The notes under the pieces: model-generated
What the model saw: the letters and a program-made list of their open reading frames with translations, nothing else
Told to the model about the DNA's origin: nothing
The model's database searches: none
Source: Camelus dromedarius
Taxonomy: Eukaryota
Direction of reading: 5' to 3'
Assembly: GCF_036321535.1 (NCBI RefSeq)
Contig: NC_087437.1
Location: 120,840,001-120,904,000 of the forward strand
Length of the DNA stretch: 64,000 bases
Position numbers and translations under genes: made by a program
Shown here: positions 35,632-47,925 of the stretch, piece after piece
Numbering within the stretch: the first letter of the stretch is position 1
Layout of the letters: each line of letters starts with the position of its first letter

Positions 35632-38187
35632 TTCCCCATGCTTTCCCCTGGACGTTTCCCTCTGTTCTAGTCCTTCTTCTGGCCGGTTCTGGCTCTGGGA
35701 TAGAGTGAATGTTTGATGAAGACCAGTTGCTTAACCTTGGCTTGGATTTGTGAGTAAACACAGAGACGGACCCAGACATCCCAGAACACTCAGCTAAAAA
35801 CAGTAAACACGCACATACAGATGGAAGTCGGACAACGTAAGCGGTCTCACTGGCTGCCGCTGTCCCAGGGCCCAGCGTGCTCTGGGCCGGGCCGTGGGAG
35901 GCGGGGTGAGTGCGAGGGTTCTAGCAGGTGCTCGGGCGGGCTGCACCCCGTCCCTGCTGTCCAGAGGCTTCGCCTCCGGCCCAGCCCCCGCCTCCCCCAC
36001 CCCGTCTTTCCTTGGAGCCAGCAGCGCTGCCCACCCCAGCCTCCCACCGTGGCCGCCCTCCGCCCCTCCAGGTGGCCTTGGGAACCTCTGTCTGTTCACT
36101 GACCCGGTCCTGCTCAGTCTGCTCGTCACACGTGCGGGGCGTCTGTGCCCCTTGTGTGGTTGTGATGCGCGGCCACTCCCAGCTGTGCTCCCTCCCCTTC
36201 GCCCTGCTGGCCAGGCGGCTCCTCGGCTGTGTCCGGGTGGGGCTGGTGTAGACCATGCACGCCCAGGGCGAGGCGAGCCCTGCCCACACTGGGCGCCTGC
36301 ATGCTGACTGCCCGCCTGGACGCCTGCAGTCCCCATGCAAAGAAAGGTGGGCTTCAGGGCTTCAGGAGGATGACAGGTGTGGGAACTGGCATTGTTTTAA
36401 AAGCTGGGAGCCCCGTGCAGCTCACAGTCCAGGTATGGCCGAGGTGTGAGGATCCAGAAAGGCCAGTGGTGGCTTCTGAACGATGCTTCTGGTTCCTCTT
36501 CCTCTCAAGGACTTGGATTGCCCCCTCACCACCAAACACACCAGCCAGGCCCCTGGACCTGCTGACCCGTCTCCCTCCTCCACACAGCTAGGCTGGGTTC
36601 CTGCTGGGCTGCCTGGTCTGCTGACCAAGCTCACTCTTGATGGCAGGTCGCCATTGGTCTCGTTTGTTACCCGGGACACCTGCACAACGCACAGCTGGCG
36701 TCTCTGGCCTGTGTGCTCTGGGCTCGAGCTCTGTCTGGGAAGCTGGGCTCTTCTGCGGCCTGGGGGCTGGGGAGAGGGCCTTAGGCCTCTGTGATGGGAG
36801 GACCTCCTCCCTTCCTGGACCCAGGGCTGAAAGACACCTCCCTAAGCATGTCTGTGACACTTCGGTGTGATGGCTTCCCAGTCAGTGATGTCACATGAGT
36901 GGATGAAGAGCCCGGACCCTGGGTCCCAGGTGGCTATGTGAGGGGCCTGGGCAGGGGACCCCAGTCGTCTGGGTGTGGTTAGAGTGGGGACACTCGCTGA
37001 TACCCGGGAGCACCAAGCCGGCTGGCTGTGCTCTGACCCTGTGTGTGTGACACCATGGCAACACCGCACTGACCCTCTCAGCCATCTCTGCTCATTTTTC
37101 AAAGGAAGAAAGTAGGAGCAGGGAGGGAGTGGTGGGGTCACTGCGTCCTCATCCTCACCTGCCCCTCAGCCCAGGAGCCCAGGCTGCATTTCACGCCAGC
37201 CCCGTGGCCAGGAGCCCCTCCTGCCGCCCTCCCACACCTGGGCCTCCAAACTCCTCCTGGTCCCCACCTAGGTGAGAGCAGGGCAGAGCCACAGAGGGAA
37301 GGCGCCTGGTCCCTGAGGGGCCGCACGGGGCAGGCGTCCTGGAATGGACTCTGACCAGGTAGGGTGCAGACTTGTCTGGGGTTAAAGCACAGGCGCCTTC
37401 TCCAGTTCCCCCGGGGACAGGGACGAGCCTCTGCCCCGTCGGATGAGCCGGGGGGTCGGGGAAGACTGAGGTGCGCACCTCCCCCCACCTCCCGTGTCTC
37501 CAGGTCCGTTCAGCACCCACAGCCCCCGCTGCCAGTGTGCTCCCCTGCCCACACCGATGGATGGTGCCACCTCCCTCGGCGAGCTCCTTGGCGGTCCCCA
37601 GTGGCCCATGGGATGACATTTGGGTGTTGAGGCTGCCGCTCACCAGCCCCCAGTCTCCAGTGCCCCCTCCCATCTGCCGGGCCCCTGCCCAGCCTAACAA
37701 CAGCGGAGGTAACAAAGACCACCCAAGTCAAAGGCTCTTTATTCAGTGTTCCGGGCAGCCTGGAGGCCGGAAGAGCTGCGGGGGGCAGCGGGGAGGTGGG
37801 GGTGGACCAGAAGCGCGTCCCCTGTGACTGTTCAGGGTGTACACCTGGCTCCCTCCCGTAGGTCCTGAGCTGGAATCGGCGACAAACTTAGGGAGGCCGG
37901 CGGGCGGTCACGGGCCAAATTCTGTCGGTTCTGGGCCGACTGTTTTTGCTTCCGGGACGGTCTCAGGAGGCAGCGGTCTGGCCTGGAGCCAGGGTGACTC
38001 ACACGGCCACCCCGGCTGGTCCTGGAGGCGGCGGGTCGGCCACCTGGGCAGGTTGCTGAAGGCTGAGTCAGAGTCTCATTTTCACGTGATCTGGCCACTC
38101 CCGTGTGTACATGCAGTCTCCCACGGCCAAAATTTCTCATCCTAAGTTTAAGCAGTCACGTCAAGATGTAAGAGGTAACTGGTGGTT

Positions 38188-38315
38188 GGGGGCCGGCTCA
38201 GCGGTAGAGCGCGTGCGTAGTCAGCACGCAGGAGGGGTTCATTCCCCAGTGCCTCCATTAAAAATAAACTTAGCTCCCCCCCCGAAAAATAATAGAAATT
38301 TAAAAATAAAAAAAA
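38188..38315 (+). mobile_element. Vic-1-like SINE
   Basis: ggctcagcggtagagcgcgtgcgtag...gggttcattccccagtgcctccattaaaaataaacttagctcccc plus A-rich tail. Confidence 0.75.
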
Positions 38316-39576
38316 GCGACCGTGAAGTCACTCTTTTCAGCGTACTGCCGCGTGTGCTGCGAGCGCCGGGAGGGAGGCGGAGTCGTGTGGAGGCAACCTG
38401 CCCGCTCACTACACCGTGAACACAGAAAGTCATCGCTCTTCGTCTTGTCCCCGTGTTTCAGCAACGTGAAGTCCGCGCGGCTGAAGGGGACGCTCTTGGC
38501 TAAGGGGGGCCGCCCAGGCTGGTGTCCCTGGTGAGTGTGTGTGAGGCAGTGTCGGGTTCAGGTGTGTGAGCCCAGGAGTGAGCGTGCGAGTGCGTGCGCG
38601 TGTGTGCGCCGTGGGTGAGGCTCCGTGCTCACCAGTGATAAATACGAGTCCAGCAGGAAGCAGTTAACACCGCTGCTGCCATCAGCTCAGAGGCCCGGCT
38701 TCCCGTGCGGTCAGGGGACGAGGGGATCTGAGTGTCACGACGGCCGGTGGGGACCCCGGGTGGAGGGCAGCTTGTTTCTGTCGGCAGCACGAGTGGATGT
38801 GACTTCTGTCCAGGGCGGCTTGCCCACGTGGCCCTGCAGGACGTTGTCCCACCCACTTGCGGGGTCAGAGCCTCGGCCTGGACCGTTGGCTGACCGGGCG
38901 CTTTTCCTCCCGTGGTGTCACACCCCCGGGAGGGGCACTGGCAGCAGCTGAGAAGGTGGGAAGTTAGGGTTGGGGTCTCCCTAGGGTCTGGCTCCCTGAC
39001 CGCAGAGCATCACCTCCCCTCCTGGCCCCCCACACTCTGCCTTGGGAGACTCAAAGCACCCAGAAGCCCCAGAGTCCTGGGGACACTTGCAGGCCACCAG
39101 GGACACTGGAGGAGAACATAGGGGCCCCTCCCTGTGCCCTCAGGAAGTGCTAGGCATTGCTGCGTCCCCAGTTTGAAGGCCACTGGCCTAGAGAGGCCCC
39201 TCTTTTCTGGCCCCCCGGCCCCCCGGGCTCACCTGGCCCTTGGTACAAACTTCTCCACTGCACGAGCACCGGCTGGCAGCACCTTATACACAGGTGCACC
39301 TCCTCCGATGACCAGCATCCTGGGAATGGGAACATAGCATTCTTTCTTTTTGTAATTGAAGAAATATTATTTTATAATAACTGCACTTAATAAAACAAAC
39401 AAATCCGAAGAATGTAAAAGACACTTTGTGTACCTTCTCCTCCCGCCTCAGGCTGGCCCGCCGAGGTGACCACCGAGAGCTCTCATCCGAGGGTCGTCTC
39501 TGGTAGCCTTTGTCCGTGTCGGTCTTCAAACCCTTTCCCAGGTAACTGGAAGCTCTGCAGACTCCACCAGGTCCCG

Positions 39577-39945
39577 TTGTGGAAGCCAAACATCAGTCCC
39601 CAGGGATTCGCACCTTCATCTCTGGGATCTGGGATTATGTCATCTGAGAGGGTGAAAGGGACTTTGCAGATGGGATTAAAGTAAAGGTCTTGAGAAGGGA
39701 GGTTATCCTCAGAAGGCAGAAAGGTCGGAGAGAGAAGTGGCCATGGAAGCAGAGGCCAGAGGGGGCAGGAGACGTGGTGCCGCCCTTGAAAGGCGGAGGA
39801 GGAAGCCGAGGAGGCCACCAGAGAGAAAGCAGCCCTGGCCGCACACCGAGCTCGATTTAGGGCTTCTGACCTCCTAACTCCAAGATAATAGATTGGCGTA
39901 GTTTTAAGCCGCTCGGTTGTGGTCACTTATTAGCAAACTCATGCA
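39577..39945 (+). mobile_element. MaLR (MLT1D-like) LTR
   Basis: aaagggactttgcagatgggattaaagtaaaggtcttgagaagggaggttatcct...cttctgacctcctaact...gttttaagccgct. Confidence 0.8.
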
Positions 39946-41684
39946 CAACTGTTCTCCAAATAACCATAAAACACGTTTAAGCAGCGTGAGACTGGAGACA
40001 TCCGTGGAGCGGCTGCAAAAACTCACATGACAAGACCGCATTTAAGAAAAGCCACATTCAAAACAAGACGCAATTATTTCATAAGTAGCAACAAACAGCT
40101 GCAAATCCGTCTTAACAGACGGGTGGCCTTGGTCCAGAACCTTGACACGCATGTTTATTTTGCCACTTGGAAGAGTAAGAGGACTTTCATTCGAGCTGTG
40201 TGGTTAAGGAGGCTCCGGCGCCCGCTCTAGCTGGTGGCTGCGAGCACAGCCATCCGAACCCGGCCGCCGGCCCCGAGTGTCCCAGGAGAACGGGCTCCGG
40301 CTGGCTCCCGCTGTGGCGGCGCGGTCCCTGCGGGAGGGGACCCGGGCCCTGGGCGTCGGCTCGCGGCGGGGCGGGGGGTCAGGGGAAGGAGCAGCCCCGC
40401 TTGCCTCCCCTTCTGCCCCCACGTCACTGGGCTTCAGGGAGCCCCCAGCAAAACCAGCACGACGCAGGCTGCTCTGCACCCTGAGTCTGAACTCCGAGGA
40501 GCTGCCGGGCGTGGCACCTCGAAGAGGCACCCAGGCCTGGAACACGCCCATTCTCTCTAAACCTCTCGGGATCCCCATTCTTCACGGTGCTACCCCGGGT
40601 GGGCCAGCGTCCCACTCACTGCTGTGGGCCCTGTACTCAGCACCAAGGCCTGAGACTGTTTACAGGATGGAGCAAAGTAAACCAAAGTTCTACTTTTTTT
40701 TCCCCAAAATGTGAAATTCCCTTGGAATGCTGTTCTTTGTGGTGATGGGGTCTAATTGTTACCATTCCTGCTGCTTCTTACAAGAAAACAAAAATTAATC
40801 CAGAATGGTTTCTAAGACAAATACTGCAATCTCACAGAGGAGACACTGCCTTGGGAAAGAGCTCGGGCGTCCTCCTTTCTTGCTGCAGTTCCTTCTCCTA
40901 CTTAAAACCAAAAAAAAATTCTCACATCCAAACCACTGGCCTACTCTGGAACAGAAGGCCCCCCCGACCTTCTGGGAGGCTTTTATGTATATATTTACCT
41001 AAAATTTAGTCTAACGGCAATCATCTAACCATCTTTTATTCTTTTCTATGAAATATCTCTGCCAGGAAGAATCCATGTACAAACTTGGACGGAACTGATT
41101 CTCTTACTGGCCAAATGGAAATACAGCTGCCATGTGCTCCTGGCCCATTCACTGAGAAGCAGTATAAACACCTTATTTGTGGTCTGAGACAGTCAATGTC
41201 ATTTTTTCTTTTCATGGTATGACTTTTTGACGACAGGGACCCCCGAGGGTCAGCCATGGCATAGCCCACACCGCCAGTCAACAGGATGGGGAGGGAGGGC
41301 AGCAGGGGAGGGGTGGCCACCACAGAGAGGGAAACCCAGGTTCATGTGGCTACTTCTTGGTTTACTGTTTTTAGACCTTATTTGCTGGCTTCTTGCTATG
41401 AATGATTGGATTTTAGCTCTTTTGCATCCTAATTTCTCCTCCCCATCCTCTCAATATCATGATTTTTAATTTATAAACAATGTTTGTGTTATTCTGATTG
41501 AAGAAATATTGCTTATAGCAAAGGCCAGTGGTGTACGCTGTCACACATCTTTCCCTATCCCGATACTGCTTTATGTTTTTCCTGGCCTTTCCACATGCCT
41601 TTGTTTTTTTCCCTTACACTGTTTTAATCATACCCTCATTTTCCCCCAACTCTCCCTCACGTCAGGTGCATTGGTTTCCTCTGG

Positions 41685-42120
41685 CTATGTACTCAAGGGC
41701 CACAAAGTGGCATGGCTTAAAACAACAGAAATTTATTCTTTCACAGTTCAGGGGGCAGGAAGTCCAACATCAAGGTGCCAGCAGGGCTGTGCTCTCTTTG
41801 CAACAATGCTGAGGGAGGATCCTTCCTTGTTTTTTGCAGTTTCTGACAGTTGCCAGCAGTCCTTGGATTTCCTTGGCTGGAAGCCACATCAGCTCGATCT
41901 CTGCCTTCCTCGTCACATGGTCGTCTCTCTCTGTCTGTTTGTCTCTCCTCTTCTTATAAGGACACCGGTCATACTGAGTGAGGGCCCGCTCTGGCCCTGT
42001 GTTGCCGCCCCTTGATTGGATCACATCTGCAAAGACGCTATTTCCAAATACAGTCACCTTCACAGTACCGGGGGCAGGGCTTGCACATTTCTCCCTGGAG
42101 GACACAACTCAACCCACAGT
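41685..42120 (-). mobile_element. MaLR (MLT1B/C-like) LTR
   Basis: ggcttaaaacaacagaaatttattctttcacagttc...tcttcttataaggacaccggtcat...acatctgcaaagacgctatttccaaatacagtcac. Confidence 0.85.
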
Positions 42121-43014
42121 ATCAGGGATCCTTTCCCATCCCCAGGGACTTCCCTCCAGAGCCCTCCATCCTCCTGCTCCGCGTTGAACTGGCTGCTCTC
42201 CACACCTGCTCAGAGGGACTGTCCTGGCTTTCCCAACACTGTCCCCATGAGCTGGAGAGACTGCTTCAGGGACCCACGTCTTTTTCTTTCTTGGTTTAAT
42301 CTCCTCATTTTGCTAAAGTCGTGTCCTAAGAAAGGGTGTGTGGGCAGTGTGTTTTCTGGGCGTTTACGTGTCTGAAAACAGCCTTAGCCACTTTCGCACT
42401 TGACGGACCGTTTGGTCAGTGAGTGAATTCTCAGCAAAAGTAACCCCCAGCAGCATCTGGATGGACCACTCTGCCGACCCCTGCACCTCCAGCTGCAGAC
42501 AGTCAGTCCTCACTCCTCCGTGGGTGACAGGTATTTTGTTCCTCAAAGATCTTTCAGGACCTCCTTTCCCCCCTTGATATTCTGAAGTTCACAGTGATGC
42601 ATCTAGTGGGGGCTGTTATTATTGTTGTTCATTTTGGGAGGCACTTAAGTGGATCCTTGTGGCCAGGAGGTGGCCTCCCGGAAACACACCGAGCACAGCG
42701 AAGAGAGGGTCCCGCTCTCAGAGCCACCCAGATGGGCCGCCCGGCGCAGACCCTTGCTGATGCTCCTCCCTGCCTCCGAGTGTGGGCGCACCCCATTTAG
42801 GGCCTCCTCTGCCTCCTCACTCCTCAGTGTGGTGGCCTTACTCCTTGGGCTGCAAATACACCTGCACCTGCCTGCTTGCCAGGGACTGGGCCCCCGTGTT
42901 TCCCGAGTGCCCTGCAGAGCCGCCCCCCATCCTCCTGAGCTCTCCCCTCCCATCCCGGGGTCTCAGAGCCACAGTCCCCCTCCCAGGCCCCTTGGGTTCC
43001 TGCACAGCAATTTT

Positions 43015-43140
43015 GTTTTCTTTTGTTGTTGAGGGGAGGTAATTAGGCTTATTTATTTATTTTAGAGGAGGTACCGGGGGCTGAACCCAGGGCCTCATGA
43101 ACACTAAGCATGTGTTCTGCCGCTTGAGCTATACTGCTCC
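43015..43140 (-). mobile_element. Vic-1-like SINE with target-site duplication
   Basis: Minus strand: ggagcagtatagctcaagcggcagaacacatgcttagtgttcatgaggccctgggttcagcccccggtacctcc...aataaataagcctaattacctcccc. Flanked by CTGCACAGCA(a/g)TT(t/c)T at 43000-43014 and 43141-43155. Confidence 0.88.
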
Positions 43141-44852
43141 CTGCACAGCAGTTCTTGAAAATAGGGGCCCAACCCCCTCCCTCTGGCTGAGGCCTAGCAG
43201 GTGACCTGATGCCCCGTGTTAGGGCACCTGTAGGCTGAGGGGCTTTCCTGGAGGAGGAGGGGTGGTGGGCTGCCAGGGGACAGGGGCGGGGTCCCCCTGC
43301 CCACTGCGTCCCCGGGCCAGGCGGGGAAGGCCCTCCAACTGAAGATGCGCGGAGGGGCGGGAGAACAGGCATTTGCCCACCAGGGCGAGTCGGTTGCAAG
43401 GGCTCGAGTTGGGCCGGAGGACAGAGGACACGCTGCAGCGCCTGGTCTGGCTCTGTTTGCTTTGCCGGGAGCCATGTATTTGGAGGGACATGGTCCAAGT
43501 GTAGACTCGGGACCTGCTTCTCAGGAAAGCAACCCCCGTGACCCCGTCTGTGGGGCTTTCTGAGTCCCTGTGCGTGTAGGGGGCAGAGAAACGTGGATGG
43601 GTCTCCTGAAAGCACCTGGAATGTCCCTGGGGACCCCAGTCTGCTTCTGTCCATGGCCCTCCCTGAGCCTGCACTGACGGAGCGCCCGTCCCACCTGGAC
43701 CGTGGAAGAGGCTTCAGGCACGGCTCCCACAGAAGCAGGGCTCCAGGTGGCCCCCAGGGACAGGCCAGGACCACCCGATTCCCTCCTGCCCCGGGGCCCG
43801 CATCCCGCCCTGGGGCCTGAGCACAGCGTGGGCAGTGGGCTCTGACTCCACAGCCCCTGCGGGACAGAAGGCGCCTGTCGTCCTTCTCTGTGAGCCCACT
43901 GCCTCCCTCCCCGGGGGCCTGCTCCGCCCACCCGACGCCTCCCGTCCAGCCTGGTTCCTTGTTCCCTGTAAATAGGTGGTCATTCCCTCCTTCACCCCAT
44001 CCTTCAGCCCTGGCCGTGAAAGGGAGGCAGCCCCCTGCCGGGCTCTGTGTTCCGAGCCAGGAGGTAGAGGGGACCCAGGTACCATTCCACCTGGGCCGGC
44101 GCAGACCAAGTATGAGGAGATGGAGCTGGGCGGGGGTCGGGGGAGGCCAGGAGGGAGCCACTTTCCTCCCAGGCTGGCAGCGAGGGCAGGCCCTCATCCT
44201 TGGACAGGTGCTGGCAGTGATGGCTATAGGGCAGGTGCAGTTCTGGGTGCTGGGGATGCAGGGTAGAGAGGACGGAGTCCAGAGCTCACGGCCTGAGGCA
44301 GATTCACAGCGTGTGGCGCAGAGTGCAGTGGGGCTGGGAGAGCAGGTACAGGGGGCTCCTCTGAACAGAAACCAACTGAAGAGGGGCAGTGCCTGCCGAC
44401 CCCTGGAGAGGAGCCCATTAGGAGAGCAGCATGCGCAAAGGCCCTGAGGCAGGCAGGCCCTCTGGTAGCAGAAGGAACTGCGGGAGGCAAGGAGGAGAGG
44501 GCAGAAGATTGGGGTTGTGTGGTGGTGGTTTGGGCTTTCCAGGTGGGCCCCCTGGGCCCCAGATCCCCTGTCCACAGCACAGCTTATCAGGTCCCCTAGG
44601 TCCCCCAGTTCCACCAGGTCCAGTGCCTACAGCACCCAGTGGCCAATGGGCATAAAAAGACATGTCTGTCATTCTGAGAGCCTAGACACAATTTTGAGGA
44701 CTGAGTGTAAGGCAATCCGGAGCAAGCAGCAACGATTCAAAGACGAGGGGCCGTCCCCAGCTCCTCCTGGGGCTTTCGAGTCTACTCTCTTGCACGTTTA
44801 CACTCTGTAAATGTTAGGTAAACGATAGCAATCCAGGTAAGTCTTATTTATG

Positions 44853-45270
44853 GACAGTGGGTTGAATGGTGCCCCCAGAGACACGTCCAGGTGCTCACGC
44901 CTGGTTCCCATGCATGTGACCTAATGAGACAGGTCTCTGCAGATGTCATCAAGGCAAGGCTTTTTGGGTAAGAGCACCCTAGATTTAGGGTGGACCCTGA
45001 AGCCAGTGACTGGTGTGTTCGTAAGAGAAAGGAGAGGAGATGTGAGGCACCTGGACAGAGGAGAAGCCATGGGAAGAAGGAGGCAGCGAGTGGAGTGATG
45101 GATTTACGAGACGAGCAGCCCCAGGACTGCTGGTAAGGAAGGAGCCTCTCCGGAGCCTCCAGAAGGAATCAAACCTGGGACACCTGGAGAGGACTCTGGT
45201 CTCGGGAACTGTGGGAGGGGAAATCTCTGCTGCTTTAAGCCTCCCAGTCTGTGTCTCAGGAGACTGGCTG
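44853..45270 (+). mobile_element. MaLR (MLT1B/C-like) LTR
   Basis: tgggttgaatggtgccccc...ggtctctgcagatgtcatcaag...atttagggtggaccct...aatctctgctgctttaagcc. Confidence 0.8.
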
Positions 45271-47688
45271 GGATGTAGATGAATTCTGCTGGAGGGTGGG
45301 GGCGGGAGCAAGGCTGACTTCCCTCTGCCCAACCGTAGACCAGCCAGCTCCATCTATTCCTTTTCTCCCTGTAAATTTATGCTTTTTCACTCTCTTTTGA
45401 CCTGGCTGGAACATCTTACCAGCTCCCCCACTAAATACGAGTTTAATAAAATCATCAATATGCATTTATTGTCTGTCTGCTTCAGAGCCATGATTTGGCC
45501 TCTTTTTGAAGGCTGTCTTTTAACGTGGATGATTGAGAGACGGCCAGACAGAAGCTTCTGGATGTAAGATGCATCTCTTAGCTGCTGATCTGAGCACCTG
45601 CTCCACCCTTGATTCGTGATTTAAGAAAAGGAAAACTAAGTCAGAGTGGCTTTAACCCTGCAAGGCACGTCAGCTCTGGAACCAGAAGGAAATAACCCCA
45701 GCAGGTCTGCTTAGGTTTGCTGAGGCCCCGGACCTCGGCCCCCGAGGAGGAGACACACACGGGAGCCTCAGGAAACGGCTGTGGGGGACAGGGGTCAGGG
45801 GCCGGCTCAGTGGGACGGGCTGGCCTCCTAATGTGGCAGCCTGGCAGGAGGGGGTGCGTCATTGGCCCCAGGGCAGCACTGAGGGCCGCCGGCAGGTCTG
45901 TGTCCCTGGTGGCAATGTGGGGACATCAGCTGGGGCATCTGGTCAGCCCGGGCCGAGCGCACTACAGCTGGGCGCCAAGCCGCCACCAGCTGCCCTCTCT
46001 TGCTGCACCCCTCCCCCTCCCCCACCCCATCCCCCAGCACTCAGCCGCCGGCTCCTGCCGCCCAGGCTGCTGCCATCAGCAAGAGCAGCACTAGTAACTC
46101 CTGCGGGCCTCGGTGGTAGGCGGGGCTCAGGGTCACTCGGGGCCGGAGGCCACTTGTGACCTTTGCCCTCTCCTGGGGCTGGCCCTGTGCTGGGCCAGCG
46201 CGGGGCCCCGGTCACAGGGGCCCAGCCCCGCGTCCCTGCTCTGCGCCCAGCCCCCACCTGCGCAGGGCTCGTTCCCGGTGTTCCAGGTGGCTGCCCAGGC
46301 GTTGATGCGTCACCGCTGCTTCTGGTTCTTCCCGAGCGTGAACTCACACCTGCTCTTGCCCTAGGCTTTCTGGAGGGGTTTTCCAAGGTTGGACGCGACC
46401 TCACCTCGGGGCCAGGGAGGCAGAGGGCCGGGCGATGCCTCCTGCTCGTGCTCCCCTTTCTTTCACTTGTTCATTGGTAGGGGGCTTCGCCCCGAAGCTG
46501 TCTTGAAGGGCAGGTGTGTCTGCTCCGCGCAGAGCGTAAACAGCATCACCCCCACCGGTGGCCCGCCTGGTGACCCAGACCCTCGAGGGCAGGCAGCCCG
46601 GACAAGGCTGTTGTGTGGGGACGCGGCTTGGCCAACATCCGAGTTCTCACCTGCTGTGGTTTTGACCTGCGACGTCTGCAGACATTTCTGGGTTGTCATT
46701 CCTGTGGCAGATGCTGTCACCAAGCAGCGGGCGGGGCCGGGAAGTATCAGAGTGACTGGGCCCCAAGCGTCCATGGTGCTGAGTGGGGGGTCCCGCTCTG
46801 GACAGAGCTGTGCTGACTTCCTCGGGCTGGGCTGGGCTTGCTGACATCACTGGTGTCTGCCGTTCAGTCTGTGAAGTGGCTGCTCCCACTCCCCCCACCC
46901 CCCGCCCCGGGCTATGACCAGCCTCTGCAGCACATCCCCCACTACCCCACTGTTCTCTCTTCCCAGCCCTGCCCGGGGGGCCTGCCGTCCGCGTCTGCCT
47001 CTTTGTGGTCCCTCTGCACCCCTCCCCTGGACAAGCTGCTCCCGGCCCTGCTGGGGGACTTCCCTCCCTCCTTCCTGGCACGCACAGCCTCTGAGGGGAC
47101 CACAGCGGGCAATGCTGTCAGTGCCCACTTCACTGGGTGCAGCCCGGCTCAGTCAGAGTCCCACGGGGAATGCCAGGCCTGGGTGACCCGCGGGGCCCAA
47201 ACTGTCATTGTGCCTCCTGCGGAGGAGATGGGATCATCACATCAGTCCCCACTGGAGCGGCGGGGCAGGCTCTGTCTGGACGACGGGGCTTTGGAGCCGG
47301 GCAGGCACAGGAGGGGATGAGAGGCAGGACAGGGAAGGGACACCTTGGTGGGAAGCCTGGGGTAGGTGAGACCAGGCGCTGGTGGGGGCCAGGGACAGCC
47401 TGAGCCCCTGCAGAGGGGGTGCAGGGGGCCCGAGAGTCCGGCTCGTTCTGCAGGTGGCCCGGAGACCAGCAGGTTTGAGGTGGGAGCCCATAGCACAGCT
47501 GTGTTGCTGGAAGGTGTGTGAGGATGGACCAGGGCGGCCAGGATAAAGGCCCAGTCGCGGGGGGTTGGCCCAGAGGTTGTCCTGGGCCCTCTTCCTGTTC
47601 ACACAGGTGCAAATGCCTTGGGCCCAGGCACAGGATTCTAAATCTTGCTTTCTTACACGTCTCCAGGTCAGAAGAAAACTTCTTCCAT

Positions 47689-47925
47689 CACCACGGAGAT
47701 AGGCCTGAAGGGGGGTCAGGACCACAGAGACAGGCCCCGGGGGCGGGGGTCAGGACCACAGATACAGGCCCCGAGGGGGCAGTCAGGACCACAGAGACGG
47801 GCCCCTGGGGGTGGTCAGAACTACAGATCAGGGCCCCAAGGGGTCAAAACCGCAGAGCAGATTTCTTGTGGGGGTCAGGACCACAGAGACGGGCCCCGGG
47901 GCCGGGGGTCAGGACCACAGAGCAG
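47689..47925. repeat. Degenerate minisatellite, about 7 units of 29-34 bp (ggggtcaggaccacagagacaggcccc)
   Basis: gtcag/gtcaa anchors at 47715, 47749, 47782, 47814, 47843, 47874 and 47908. Confidence 0.85.

Noticed and set aside
43015..43140. tRNA genes (A and B boxes here and at 34432-34607 and 38188-38315)
   Set aside because: No intact cloverleaf; A-rich tails and a target-site duplication identify them as SINEs.
43049..44614. Longest ORF (521 aa, minus strand)
   Set aside because: Pro/Gly/Ala/Arg-rich with no recognisable domain, and it ends inside a SINE. Typical chance ORF in GC-rich DNA, as are most ORFs in the track.
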